A stretch of 64,000 nucleotides of DNA from contig CAZNAT010000008.1 in NCBI GenBank assembly GCA_964571245.1, positions 7,008 through 71,007 on the forward strand, read 5' to 3'. The notes under the pieces are model-generated. The model saw only the letters and a list, made by a program, of their open reading frames with translations. It was not told the DNA's origin and did not search any database. Shown one piece after another: positions 1 through 8,861 of the stretch. Position 1 is the stretch's first letter. Each line of letters opens with the position of its first letter. Origin of the DNA: an uncultured Methylobacterium sp. (lineage in GTDB: Bacteria > Pseudomonadota > Alphaproteobacteria > Rhizobiales > Beijerinckiaceae). A program made the translations under genes and the position numbers.

Positions 1-110
1 CGCTGGAACGGCGCATCGAACGGTGTCTTGTTGGCTTCCGCCCGATCGACATGCGCGTTTCCGAGCACGGCACGACGGGTTTTCATCCCGGTTTCATAGC
101 GGTCCGACAT
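1..110 (-). CDS. 4-carboxymuconolactone decarboxylase family protein (PcaC-like), N-terminal fragment running off the window
   Basis: Reverse translation from ATG (110-108) gives MSDRYETGMKTRRAVLGNAHVDRAEANKTPFDAPFQ. This fits the conserved GMxxRRxVLGxAHVDR N-terminus of the PcaC/AhpD-like family. AGGAGG lies 9 nt upstream. Too short for the ORF track. Confidence 0.55.
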   Translation of the reverse strand, partial: MSDRYETGMKTRRAVLGNAHVDRAEANKTPFDAPFQ

Positions 111-157
111 CCAAAAGCGCCTCCTGTTGCACGGAGAATGGCGCGGTTTTTTGCTTA

Positions 158-174
158 TGTAAAATGAGATTACA
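158..174. promoter_or_regulatory. Candidate LysR-type operator dyad TGTAA-N7-TTACA (contains T-N11-A)
   Basis: Perfect 5-bp inverted repeat TGTAAAATGAGATTACA in the 94-bp divergent gap between the pcaC-like and LysR genes. The inner TAAAATGAGATTA fits the generic LTTR T-N11-A box. Confidence 0.35.
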
Positions 175-182
175 GGCGTTTT

Positions 183-201
183 ATATTCCTGTATCGAATA
201 T
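183..201. promoter_or_regulatory. Second dyad ATATTC-N7-GAATAT directly upstream of the LysR start
   Basis: Perfect 6-bp inverted repeat ending 3 nt before the ATG at 205. Its position suits autoregulation or an activation site. No known consensus assigned. Confidence 0.3.
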
Positions 202-204
202 TAA

Positions 205-1119
205 ATGATCGATTCCCGCATCCGCCTGCGTCATCTCGCGGCTTTCCTCGAAATCTGCCGGCACGGAAGCGTGAGCGGCGCCGCGCTCGCGCTCCATCTC
301 ACCCAGCCCGCGATTTCCAAGGCGCTGGCCGAACTGGAGGGTATTCTGGGGACATCCCTGATGAGCCGCAACCGCGCCGGCATCACGCTGACCCCGGCAG
401 GAGAGGTCTTCCGGCACTACGCCGCCACCAGCCATGCCGCGCTCCGGCAAGGCATCGACGCGCTGGCGCAGGCAAGCATGGCCAGCGAGATGCCGGTGGC
501 CATCGGCGCCCTGCCGAGCGTTGCGGCGCGGATCATTCCGGCCGCGGTGCTGCAGTTCCGCCGGATGCGGGTGGGGCTCGTGCCACGCATCGTCACCGGG
601 CCAAACCTCTATCTGCTCGACCAGCTTCGCGCCGGCGCCCTCGATCTCGTCGTCGGGCGGCTCGCCAGCCCGCAGGCCATGCGCGGTCTTTCCTTTGCCC
701 AGCTCTACTCAGAGCGCGTCGCGATCGTCGTCCGTCCCGGCCACCCGCTGATCGCCGCGCCGGATGTGAGCCGGCTGCCTGAATTTCCCGTGCTGCTGCC
801 GGAGCCTGGCGCCACGATCCGCGGCATTGCCGAGCGGTTTCTCCTCACCAACGGGATCGGCACCCTGCCCGACCGCATCGAAACCGTCGCCGACAGCTTC
901 GGCCGGGCTTTTACCCGGCAAACCGACGCGGTCTGGATCATCTCACGCGGGGTTGTCGCGCTTGATCTTGAGGAGGGCGCGCTGGTCGAATTGCCCTTCA
1001 AGATGGGCGATACCAGTGGCCCGGTCGGCCTGACGCTGCGTGCGGATGGCAGCGACACCCCCGCCGTCCGTCTGGTTGCCGCCGCACTGCGCGAGGCCAC
1101 CGCCGCTCTGGCACTCTGA
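205..1119 (+). CDS. LysR-family transcriptional regulator (PcaQ-like)
   Basis: 304-aa ORF. The N-terminal wHTH RLRHLAAFLEICRHGSVSGAALALHLTQPAISKALAELE is typical of LTTRs and resembles PcaQ as I recall it. Divergent from the pcaC-like gene. Confidence 0.9.
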   Translation: MIDSRIRLRHLAAFLEICRHGSVSGAALALHLTQPAISKALAELEGILGTSLMSRNRAGITLTPAGEVFRHYAATSHAALRQGIDALAQASMASEMPVAIGALPSVAARIIPAAVLQFRRMRVGLVPRIVTGPNLYLLDQLRAGALDLVVGRLASPQAMRGLSFAQLYSERVAIVVRPGHPLIAAPDVSRLPEFPVLLPEPGATIRGIAERFLLTNGIGTLPDRIETVADSFGRAFTRQTDAVWIISRGVVALDLEEGALVELPFKMGDTSGPVGLTLRADGSDTPAVRLVAAALREATAALAL

Positions 1120-1132
1120 AGTTTCTTCGTTT

Positions 1133-1234
1133 TGGCGCATTTTTTGGCGGGGCGGGTACGGTTTACCCGAAAGAAACCCGGTCAAAACAACCGGATGAGG
1201 CATAAGACCCCGTTCAACCCGGATGAATGCCGTG
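1133..1234. repeat. Palindromic intergenic repeat, full-length copy (about 102 bp), diverged
   Basis: By-eye alignment over its whole length to 7865-7968, roughly 70% identical: GCGCATTTTTTGGCGG..ACGGTTTACCCGAAAGAAA..AACCGGATGAGGC..TTCAACCCGGATGAATGCC. Starts 14 nt after the LysR stop. Confidence 0.6.
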
Positions 1235-1335
1235 CGCGCCGGGATCCGCGCAAAGCCGTGGTTTTTTCTCGCCATCCGCAACCACCCGGCTATCTTCAGC
1301 GAATCACGGTGTTCGTCATTCGGGAGGCTTTGCGC

Positions 1336-1692
1336 ATGGGTCGGCTATCAACGCATGTGCTGGATACCGCGCATGGCTGCCCGGCGGCGGGCATGCGGAT
1401 CGCGTTCCTGGAAGCCGGCCCCGGCGGCGTCTGGCTGCCGCGTGCAGACCTTATCACCAACACGGACGGCCGGACCGACCAGCCGGTGATGGCCGGCGGG
1501 GCCTTCCGCACGGGACGGTTCCAGCTGCGCTTCCATATCGCCGAGTATTTCCGGGCCAAGGGCGTTGCCCTGCCGGAGCCGGCATTTCTCGATATCGTCC
1601 CGATCGATTTCGGCATCGCCGAGGCGGATGGCGATTATCACGTGCCGCTGCTGTGTTCGCCCTTCGCCTATTCAACCTATCGCGGGAGCTGA
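1336..1692 (+). CDS. uraH: 5-hydroxyisourate hydrolase (transthyretin-like)
   Basis: MGRLSTHVLDTAHGCPAAGM...YHVPLLCSPFAYSTYRGS matches the HIUase family, including the C-terminal YRGS signature. Start moved to ATG 1336, which has GGGAGG 8 nt upstream. Confidence 0.9.
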   Translation: MGRLSTHVLDTAHGCPAAGMRIAFLEAGPGGVWLPRADLITNTDGRTDQPVMAGGAFRTGRFQLRFHIAEYFRAKGVALPEPAFLDIVPIDFGIAEADGDYHVPLLCSPFAYSTYRGS

Positions 1693-1695
1693 ACC

Positions 1696-3132
1696 GTGAC
1701 CAAAACGGCGTATCCGCGCGATCTCATCGGCTATGGCCGCAGGCCCCCGCATGCCAACTGGCCCGGCGCCGCACGGATCGCGGTGCAATTCGTCATCAAT
1801 TACGAAGAGGGCGGCGAAAACAACATCCTGCACGGCGATGCCGCTTCCGAAGCCTTTCTCTCGGAGATTGTCGGCGCGCAACCCTGGCCCGGCCAGCGCC
1901 ACATGAATATGGAGTCGATTTACGAATACGGCTCGCGTGCCGGGTTCTGGCGGCTCCACCGGATGTTCACCGAGCGCGGAATGCCGGTGACGGTGTTCGG
2001 CGTTGCCTCCGCCATGGCGCGCCACCCGGAGGCCGTCGCCGCCATGGGCGAGGCCGGCTGGGAGATCGCCAGCCACGGCCTCAAATGGATCGACTACCGC
2101 GATTTCTCGCCGGAGAATGAAGCCGCCGAGATCGCGGAGGCCGTGCGCATCCAGACGGCAATGACCGGCTCCCGCCCGCTCGGGATGTATCAGGGCAGGA
2201 CCTCCGAAAACACCCTGCGCCTGACGCAGGAAGAGGGCGGCTTTCTCTATTCCGCCGACAGCTACGCCGACGAGCTGCCGTATTGGACGGCGGGGCCGAA
2301 TGGTCGCGGCGGCAGCGGGCCGTTTCTGATCGTGCCCTATACGCTCGATGCCAACGACATGCGCTTTGCCACGCCGCAGGGGTTCAATGCCGGCGACCAG
2401 TTCTTCACCTACCTCAAGGACAGCTTCGATACCCTCTACGCCGAGGGCGAAACCGCGCCAAAGATGATGTCGGTCGGCCTGCATTGCCGGCTTGTCGGGC
2501 GGCCGGGTCGCGCCGCGGCACTGGTGCGGTTTCTCGATTACGTCCAGCGCCATGATCGCGTCTGGGTAGCCACCCGCCTCGATATCGCGCGGCACTGGGT
2601 ACTTCATCATCCACCGCAGGGCGGCTGGAAGCCGTCGTCGCTGTCGCACCCGCTGTTTGTCGCGCGCTTCGGCGGTGTCTTCGAGCATTCGCCCTGGGTG
2701 GCGGAGCGCGCGCTTGCCGCTGGGCTCGGGCCGGAATGCGATGGCGCGGGCGGACTTCACGCCGCGATGGTCACGGCGATGCGGGGGGGAAGCGAAGCCG
2801 AGAAGCTGGCACTGATCCGGGCGCATCCCGATCTTGCCGGGCGGCTGGCGCTGGCTAACCGGCTGACGGCGGAATCGACCCGCGAACAGGCCTCCGCCGG
2901 GCTGGATCGCCTCACCGCGGACGAACTCGCCGCGTTCACCGCGCTGAACGACGCTTATCTCGCACGGTTTGCCTTCCCCTTCATTCTGGCGGTCAAGGGG
3001 CGGACGAAAACCGAGATCCTCGCTGCTTTCGAGACCCGGCTCAAAAACGATGCCGGCCGGGAATTCGAAACCGCGCTCGGCGAAATCGAGACCATCGCGC
3101 GGCTGCGCCTCAACGACCTTCTTCCCGGCTAG
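1696..3132 (+). CDS. puuE: Bifunctional allantoinase PuuE (polysaccharide-deacetylase fold) fused to OHCU decarboxylase (UraD)
   Basis: The N-terminal ~300 aa ([42 protein letters not shown]) closely match PuuE. The C-terminal ~165 aa ([32 protein letters not shown]) match OHCU decarboxylase. GTG start lies 4 nt after the uraH stop. Confidence 0.9.
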   Translation: MTKTAYPRDLIGYGRRPPHANWPGAARIAVQFVINYEEGGENNILHGDAASEAFLSEIVGAQPWPGQRHMNMESIYEYGSRAGFWRLHRMFTERGMPVTVFGVASAMARHPEAVAAMGEAGWEIASHGLKWIDYRDFSPENEAAEIAEAVRIQTAMTGSRPLGMYQGRTSENTLRLTQEEGGFLYSADSYADELPYWTAGPNGRGGSGPFLIVPYTLDANDMRFATPQGFNAGDQFFTYLKDSFDTLYAEGETAPKMMSVGLHCRLVGRPGRAAALVRFLDYVQRHDRVWVATRLDIARHWVLHHPPQGGWKPSSLSHPLFVARFGGVFEHSPWVAERALAAGLGPECDGAGGLHAAMVTAMRGGSEAEKLALIRAHPDLAGRLALANRLTAESTREQASAGLDRLTADELAAFTALNDAYLARFAFPFILAVKGRTKTEILAAFETRLKNDAGREFETALGEIETIARLRLNDLLPG

Positions 3133-3140
3133 GAAACCGC

Positions 3141-4736
3141 ATGCCCGAAACTCCCCTTGATGCGGCATGGGCCGCGCTCCGCGCAGCGCGCACGAAGGGA
3201 TCAGGAACCCGCATCGCCGCGCTGTTCGACGCCGACCGTGATCGCTTCCAGCGGTTTTCGTTTGCGCTCGATGACCTCCTGATCGATTTTTCCAAAACGA
3301 AGCTGACGCCGGAGGTTCTCGATCGTCTCGTCGATCTCGCGGAAGCCGCCGGTGTTCCTGCGCAGCGCGAGGCGATGTTTGCGGGCGAAGCGATCAACAC
3401 GACGGAAAACCGCGCCGTGCTGCATACGGCGTTGCGCGATTTCTCCGGCAAGCCGGTGATGGTGGATGGTGTCGATATGGCGCCGGCGATCAGGGCCGAG
3501 CGCGAGAGGTGCTACGCCTTTATCGAGGGCATCCGCGCGGGCAAGATCCGCTCGGCGAAGGGGGAGCCCTTCACCGATGTCGTCAATATCGGCATCGGCG
3601 GTTCCGATCTCGGTCCGGCGATGGCAACACTGGCGCTTCGCCCCGATCACGACGGGCCGCGCCTGCATTTCGTTTCCAATGTCGACGGCGCGCACCTTCA
3701 TGATACCCTTGCCGGGCTCGACGCCGCGACGACGCTGTTCATCGTGGCGTCGAAGACCTTCACCACCATCGAAACCATGACCAATGCGCGCTCGGCGCGG
3801 CGATGGCTGGCAGAAAAGCTGGGCGAGGCTGCGGTGGCCACGCATTTCTGCGCGGTTTCGACCGCGCTCGACAAAGTCGCCGCCTTCGGCATCGCACCGG
3901 ACCGGGTGTTCGGCTTCTGGGATTGGGTCGGCGGGCGCTATTCGATCTGGTCCTCGATCGGCCTGCCGTTGATGATGGCGATCGGTGCGGAAAATTTCAC
4001 GCGCTTCCTTGCTGGCGCCGAAGCGATGGACCGCCATTTCCGGATGGCGCCACTCGAAAAAAACCTGCCGGTTCTCATGGCGCTTACCGGCATCTGGCAC
4101 CGCAATATCTGCGGTTTTTCCTCGCGCGCGGTGATCCCCTACGATCAAAGGCTCGCGCGGTTCCCGGCCTATCTCCAGCAACTCGATATGGAATCGAACG
4201 GCAAATCGGTGAAGAAGGACGGTACGCCTGTTGCCGGCGCGACCGGCCCGATCATCTGGGGCGAGCCGGGCACCAATGGCCAGCACGCGTTTTTCCAGCT
4301 TCTGCATCAGGGCACGGATATTATTCCGGTGGAATTTCTGCTGGCGGTGGAGGGCGCAAGCTATGGCACCCATCTCCGGGAGCATCACCCGCTGCTTGTC
4401 GCCAATTGCCTTGCGCAAAGCCAGGCGCTGATGCTCGGGCGGACGCCGGAACAAGCCGGAGGCAATCCGTATCGTGTCTTTGCCGGCGATCGGCCCTCGA
4501 TCACGATCCTCTACAAAAAACTGACGCCCTTCGCGCTCGGGCGGCTGATCGCGCTCTACGAGCATCGGGTGTTCGTGGAAGCCGCGGTCTGGGGCATCAA
4601 CGCCTTCGATCAATGGGGCGTGGAACTGGGCAAGGAACTCGCGACCAAGCTCGCCGGGCCGGTCGAAACAGGCATGGGACTGGGGCCACTGGACGGATCG
4701 ACGGCGGGACTTATAAGAAGGGTCAGAGGGGAATAA
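3141..4736 (+). CDS. pgi: Glucose-6-phosphate isomerase
   Basis: 531 aa with PGI motifs ([39 protein letters not shown]). Confidence 0.95.
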   Translation: MPETPLDAAWAALRAARTKGSGTRIAALFDADRDRFQRFSFALDDLLIDFSKTKLTPEVLDRLVDLAEAAGVPAQREAMFAGEAINTTENRAVLHTALRDFSGKPVMVDGVDMAPAIRAERERCYAFIEGIRAGKIRSAKGEPFTDVVNIGIGGSDLGPAMATLALRPDHDGPRLHFVSNVDGAHLHDTLAGLDAATTLFIVASKTFTTIETMTNARSARRWLAEKLGEAAVATHFCAVSTALDKVAAFGIAPDRVFGFWDWVGGRYSIWSSIGLPLMMAIGAENFTRFLAGAEAMDRHFRMAPLEKNLPVLMALTGIWHRNICGFSSRAVIPYDQRLARFPAYLQQLDMESNGKSVKKDGTPVAGATGPIIWGEPGTNGQHAFFQLLHQGTDIIPVEFLLAVEGASYGTHLREHHPLLVANCLAQSQALMLGRTPEQAGGNPYRVFAGDRPSITILYKKLTPFALGRLIALYEHRVFVEAAVWGINAFDQWGVELGKELATKLAGPVETGMGLGPLDGSTAGLIRRVRGE

Positions 4737-4754
4737 ATGTGATCAGGAGGCCTT

Positions 4755-5321
4755 ATGCTGGCGCTCACTCCCCGTACTGTTCTGCTCCCAATCGATTTTC
4801 AAACTGGTTTTTTCGATCCCGAGGCTCCCAAACTTGGCGCCTGGGACTTTGAAAGCAAAGGCCTCGCCTTGCTTGCGGCCTGGCGCAGGAATCGCTGGCC
4901 TGTGATCCATGTCCGGCATGATTCTGTTGATACAGGATCGCGGTTTCGGCCAGACCATCCCGGCAATGCCCTGCGCCTCGGTTTTGAGCCGCGGGCTGGT
5001 GAGCCGCTCGTCTTAAAATCCGTCAACTCCGCGTTTCTCAACACCGATCTCGATATCCGTCTCAAGCGGCTTGGCGCGGAGGCGATCATCGCCTTCGGCA
5101 TTTCCACGGATATGTGCGTGTCAACGACCGTGCGGACGGGGAGCAATTTAGGCTGGCGCTTGATTGTGGCGGCCGATGCCTGTTCAGCCTTCGAACAAAA
5201 AGACCTGGATGGTGCCGCGCTTTCGGCCGAGATGATCCACCGGTTTCATCTTGCGACCCTGCGGAACGAATTTGCAGAGGTCGTGAGCACGGCAGATATC
5301 CTCGCGGCGGCAGCCCGATAG
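4755..5321 (+). CDS. Isochorismatase-family cysteine hydrolase
   Basis: 188 aa. Family-typical LLPIDFQ..F start and the FGISTDMCVSTT catalytic Cys segment. Confidence 0.8.
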   Translation: MLALTPRTVLLPIDFQTGFFDPEAPKLGAWDFESKGLALLAAWRRNRWPVIHVRHDSVDTGSRFRPDHPGNALRLGFEPRAGEPLVLKSVNSAFLNTDLDIRLKRLGAEAIIAFGISTDMCVSTTVRTGSNLGWRLIVAADACSAFEQKDLDGAALSAEMIHRFHLATLRNEFAEVVSTADILAAAAR

Positions 5322-5324
5322 AAA

Positions 5325-5348
5325 AAGGCCGCGAGAAATCGCGGCCTT
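5325..5348 (-). terminator. Intrinsic terminator hairpin between convergent genes (best fit for pnp)
   Basis: Perfect 10-bp stem AAGGCCGCGA/TCGCGGCCTT with a GAAA loop. On the - strand it is followed by TTTTTC. A second hairpin ATCACCGGG..CCCGGTGAT sits at 5361-5383. Confidence 0.7.
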
Positions 5349-5398
5349 AAAAATTTCTGGATCACCGGGTCAAGCCCGGTGATGACAAAGACGGCAGC

Positions 5399-7552
5399 TT
5401 ACTCGGCGTTGTCGCGCTCGGCGTCGCGTTCGGCCTTCTGCTTGGCTTCGAGGTCCTCGCCGGTTTCCTGATCGACGACCTTCATCGACAGCTTGGTCTT
5501 GCCGCGATCGTCAAAGCCCATGAACTTGACCTTGACCTTGTCGCCTTCCTTGACGACATCCTGCGTCTTCGCAACCTTGCGCGGAGCCAGCTGCGAGATG
5601 TGGACGAGGCCGTCACGCGCGCCGAAGAAGTTCACGAACGCGCCGAACTCGACGCATTTCACGACCGTACCTTCGTAGATCTGGCCGACTTCCGGGTCGG
5701 AGGCGATCGAGCGGATCCAGTTCATCGCCGCCTTGATCTTCTCGCCATCCGACGACGCCACCTTGATCGTGCCATCATCCTGGATGTCGATCTTGGTGCC
5801 GGTCTTCTCGGTGATCTCGCGGATCACCTTGCCGCCGGAGCCGATGACTTCACGAATCTTGTCCGGGTTGATCTTGATGGTCTCGATGCGCGGCGCGTAC
5901 TGGCCGAGCTGACCACGCGGCTGGGTGAGCGCATCCGCCATCTTGCCCAGAATGTGCAGACGCCCGCCCTTGGCCTGATCCAGCGCGACCTTCATGATCT
6001 CCTCGGTGATCCCGGCGATCTTGATGTCCATCTGCAGCGCGGTGATGCCGCCTTCGGTGCCGGCCACCTTGAAATCCATGTCGCCGAGGTGATCCTCGTC
6101 GCCAAGAATATCCGAGAGAACGGCAAAGCGCGCCCCTTCGAGGATGAGGCCCATCGCGATACCCGCAACCGGCGCCTTCAGCGGCACGCCCGCATCCATC
6201 ATCGCCAGCGACGCGCCGCACACGGTCGCCATCGAGGACGAGCCGTTGGATTCGGTGATCTCGGAGACGATGCGCATCGTGTAGGGGAAGTCGTGCTGCA
6301 CCGGCAGCATCGGGCGGATCGCGCGCCAGGCAAGCTTGCCATGGCCGATTTCGCGGCGACCGGGCGAACCCATGCGGCCGGTTTCGCCCACCGAATAGGG
6401 CGGGAAGTTGTAGTGGAGCATGAAGCGCTCCTTGCGGGTGCCTTCCAGCTCGTCGATGAACTGCTCGTCATCGCCCGTGCCGAGGGTCGCGACCACCAGG
6501 GCCTGCGTCTCGCCGCGGGTGAAGAGCGCCGAACCATGGGTGCGCGGCAGCATGCCGACTTCCGAGACGATCTGGCGGACATCGGTGAGGCCGCGACCGT
6601 CGATACGGCTCTTGGTATCCAGGATGTTCCAGCGAACGATCTTCGCCTGAACTTCCTTGAACACGGTTTTCAGCTGTTCCTTGTCGAACTTGGCCTCGCC
6701 GCCTTCCGGCACGAGGGTCGCGAAAACCTTGGCCTTGGCCGCATCCACCGCCTTGTAGCGGCCCTGCTTGTCGATGATCTTGTAGGCTTCGCGCAGATCC
6801 TTCTCGGCGATCTCGAGCACGGCCTTCTCGATCGTGGAGAGGTCGGTCGGGGTGTAGTCGCGCGGCTCCTTGGCGGCCTTTTCAGCGAGTGCGATGATCA
6901 TGTCGATCACCGGCTGGAACCCCTTGTGGCCATGCATGACCGCGCCGAGCATCACTTCTTCCGAGAGCTGCTGGGCTTCGGATTCCACCATCAGCACCGC
7001 ATCCGCCGTACCGGCGACGACGAGATCAAGGGTGGTGTCCTTCATCTGGTCGAGCGTCGGGTTGAGGACGTATTCGCCGTTGATATAGCCGACGCGCGCG
7101 CCGCCGACCGGGCCCATGAAGGGAACGCCGGAGAGCGTCAGCGCTGCGGAGGCGGCAACCATCGCGACGATATCGGGATCGTTCTCGAGATCGTGGCTGA
7201 GAACGGTGACGACGACCTGGGTTTCGTTGCGGTAGCCCTCAACGAACAGCGGGCGGATCGGGCGATCGATCAGGCGGGAGACCAGCGTCTCCTTTTCCGA
7301 AGGGCGGCCTTCGCGCTTGAAGAATCCACCGGGAATCCGGCCGGCCGCGAAGGCCTTTTCCTGATAGTTGACGGTGAGCGGGAAGAAATCGACGCCCGGC
7401 TTGGCTTCCTTGGCCGAAACGACGGTGGCGAGAACGGTGGTTTCGCCATAGGTCGCGAACACCGAGCCATCGGCCTGGCGGGCGATACGGCCGGTTTCGA
7501 GCGTCAGCGTACGGCCGGCCCATTCGATGGATTTGCTTTGAATATCAAACAT
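5399..7552 (-). CDS. pnp: Polyribonucleotide nucleotidyltransferase (PNPase)
   Basis: Strong full-length PNPase similarity (two RNase PH domains, KH, S1). Start set at MFDIQSK (ATG 7552) as in homologues. The ORF track starts 5 codons earlier at 7567. Confidence 0.95.
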   Translation of the reverse strand: MFDIQSKSIEWAGRTLTLETGRIARQADGSVFATYGETTVLATVVSAKEAKPGVDFFPLTVNYQEKAFAAGRIPGGFFKREGRPSEKETLVSRLIDRPIRPLFVEGYRNETQVVVTVLSHDLENDPDIVAMVAASAALTLSGVPFMGPVGGARVGYINGEYVLNPTLDQMKDTTLDLVVAGTADAVLMVESEAQQLSEEVMLGAVMHGHKGFQPVIDMIIALAEKAAKEPRDYTPTDLSTIEKAVLEIAEKDLREAYKIIDKQGRYKAVDAAKAKVFATLVPEGGEAKFDKEQLKTVFKEVQAKIVRWNILDTKSRIDGRGLTDVRQIVSEVGMLPRTHGSALFTRGETQALVVATLGTGDDEQFIDELEGTRKERFMLHYNFPPYSVGETGRMGSPGRREIGHGKLAWRAIRPMLPVQHDFPYTMRIVSEITESNGSSSMATVCGASLAMMDAGVPLKAPVAGIAMGLILEGARFAVLSDILGDEDHLGDMDFKVAGTEGGITALQMDIKIAGITEEIMKVALDQAKGGRLHILGKMADALTQPRGQLGQYAPRIETIKINPDKIREVIGSGGKVIREITEKTGTKIDIQDDGTIKVASSDGEKIKAAMNWIRSIASDPEVGQIYEGTVVKCVEFGAFVNFFGARDGLVHISQLAPRKVAKTQDVVKEGDKVKVKFMGFDDRGKTKLSMKVVDQETGEDLEAKQKAERDAERDNAE

Positions 7553-7864
7553 GTCATGTCCTGTCATGGCGAGAGGGCCCCCATGGCCGATCTCGCGGGT
7601 TCGGATGCGCGCATTTCCCCTTCCGGATCAGCCGGAGGGTGACGCGCATGCTTCACTGCTGTGAGAACCGCCTGAAGCCCATGAGCAAGACGGCGGGACG
7701 CTCCCTTCCCGCAAAGGCGGTCTTGGAGCGTCCGGCGATCCTGCCATGGCCGTCATCGGCCCTCGTGCCACCCGGTGGCCCCTGCCCTCCGGATGCGTGA
7801 GGCGAGGCGGAACCGCCTCACCTCGTTGTCTGGCCGCGGGTTTTTCCGGGCCACCTGATTCGTT

Positions 7865-7968
7865 TAGAGCATTTTCGAGCGAAGCGGAGTCCGGTTCACG
7901 GGAAGAAAATGCGCTGAAACAAACCGATGGAGCGTGGCGGTGAATTCGCATTCACCGGCAATGCTCTA
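7865..7968. repeat. Palindromic intergenic repeat, full-length copy (104 bp)
   Basis: Terminal inverted repeats TAGAGCATT / AATGCTCTA. Internal arms GCATTTTC/GAAAATGC and GGTGAAT/ATTCACC. The right terminus contains the rpsO stop TAG (7966-7968). Confidence 0.8.
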
Positions 7969-8235
7969 GCGGCGGATGCCGAGACGTTCGATCAGCGTCT
8001 TGTAGCGTGCCTCGTCCTTCCTCTTGAGGTAGTCAAGAAGCGAACGGCGCTGGGAGACGAGCTTCAGGAGCCCGCGACGCGAATGGTTGTCTTTCTTGTG
8101 GGTCTTGAAATGCTCGGTGAGGTTCGAGATCCGGATCGAAAGGATCGCCACCTGCACTTCGGGCGAGCCGGTGTCGCCGGCCGCGGTCGCATATTCAGAG
8201 ATCAGCGCAGTCTTGCGCTCTGCCGTAATCGACAT
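7966..8235 (-). CDS. rpsO: 30S ribosomal protein S15
   Basis: 89 aa, [15 protein letters not shown]...[20 protein letters not shown], typical S15. Confidence 0.97.
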   Translation of the reverse strand: MSITAERKTALISEYATAAGDTGSPEVQVAILSIRISNLTEHFKTHKKDNHSRRGLLKLVSQRRSLLDYLKRKDEARYKTLIERLGIRR

Positions 8236-8422
8236 CGTCTGCCTCCTTGAGGGTTCGAGAAATGGCCCGGCCGGGATGTCGTCCAGCGGGGTCAGAAGAA
8301 GCAGGGCAACGCCCCGCTGCGCGGCTCATAACCGCTTTTGGTTCAAAAGGAAAGGATTTTCCGTGGAATCGGCCACGCTGGCACGACCCGAGAACGCGAG
8401 TCCCGCCGGAAGCGCGCTTTTC

Positions 8423-8710
8423 CTAGAAGCAGGAAACAAACTCGCGAAACACCCAGCCGATCGGATGCCCGGTCCGCTGGTTGTGCAAAAAGAGCCACGT
8501 CCGGCCATTGTCGTCCCGCACCTGTTCGGCTCCATTGACGATCACGCCATTCGGCAATTGCCCGACGACCTCGCCACCCGGCGTGGCCCGGATATTCAGC
8601 GGGGTCCCGGTCGGGTCCATCACCCGGCAGCGGCGGGACTGGGCTTCGGCACCGACGACGCTGGTGCCGATCGTAAAAGCGAGAAGGGCGACGGCAAGAA
8701 GCTGTTTCAC
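8423..8710 (-). CDS. Small secreted SH3b-like domain protein
   Basis: GTG start (8710) has AGGAG 8 nt upstream. Signal-peptide-like KQLLAVALLAFTIGTSVVGAEA is followed by a bacterial SH3-type segment (VMDPTGTPLNIRATPGGEVVGQLPNGVIV). The longer track ORF would overlap truB. Confidence 0.6.
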   Translation of the reverse strand: MKQLLAVALLAFTIGTSVVGAEAQSRRCRVMDPTGTPLNIRATPGGEVVGQLPNGVIVNGAEQVRDDNGRTWLFLHNQRTGHPIGWVFREFVSCF

Positions 8711-8861
8711 GGTTTTTCTCCTGGTGTAATCAAGACTGATTACCCAAGAATGCCCGAGAACCGGCCCGGAGTCAGTTCCCTCCGGAACAGGTATCGTCCG
8801 AAGCGCGCCCGGACTTTCCGCTTGCGAATGTCCGGCCTGCCCTTGGACACGCGATCGCGCG

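Noticed and set aside
5600-7642. 680-aa ORF antisense to pnp. Similar long antisense or alternate-frame ORFs lie over infB (10540-12801), nusA (14184-15839), lnt (19585-21258), murJ (30551-32242), hisH/hisA (36266-37684), hisE/coaA (38562-40004), the PfkB kinase and smr genes (40233-41969), parA/parB (56486-57748), leuS (61321-62577), pgi (3201-4613) and puuE (1672-3168).
   Set aside because: These are shadow ORFs typical of high-GC DNA. Each lies opposite to, or out of frame with, a gene that has unmistakable family motifs. Their translations are Arg/Gly/Ala/Pro-rich low-complexity strings with no recognisable domains.
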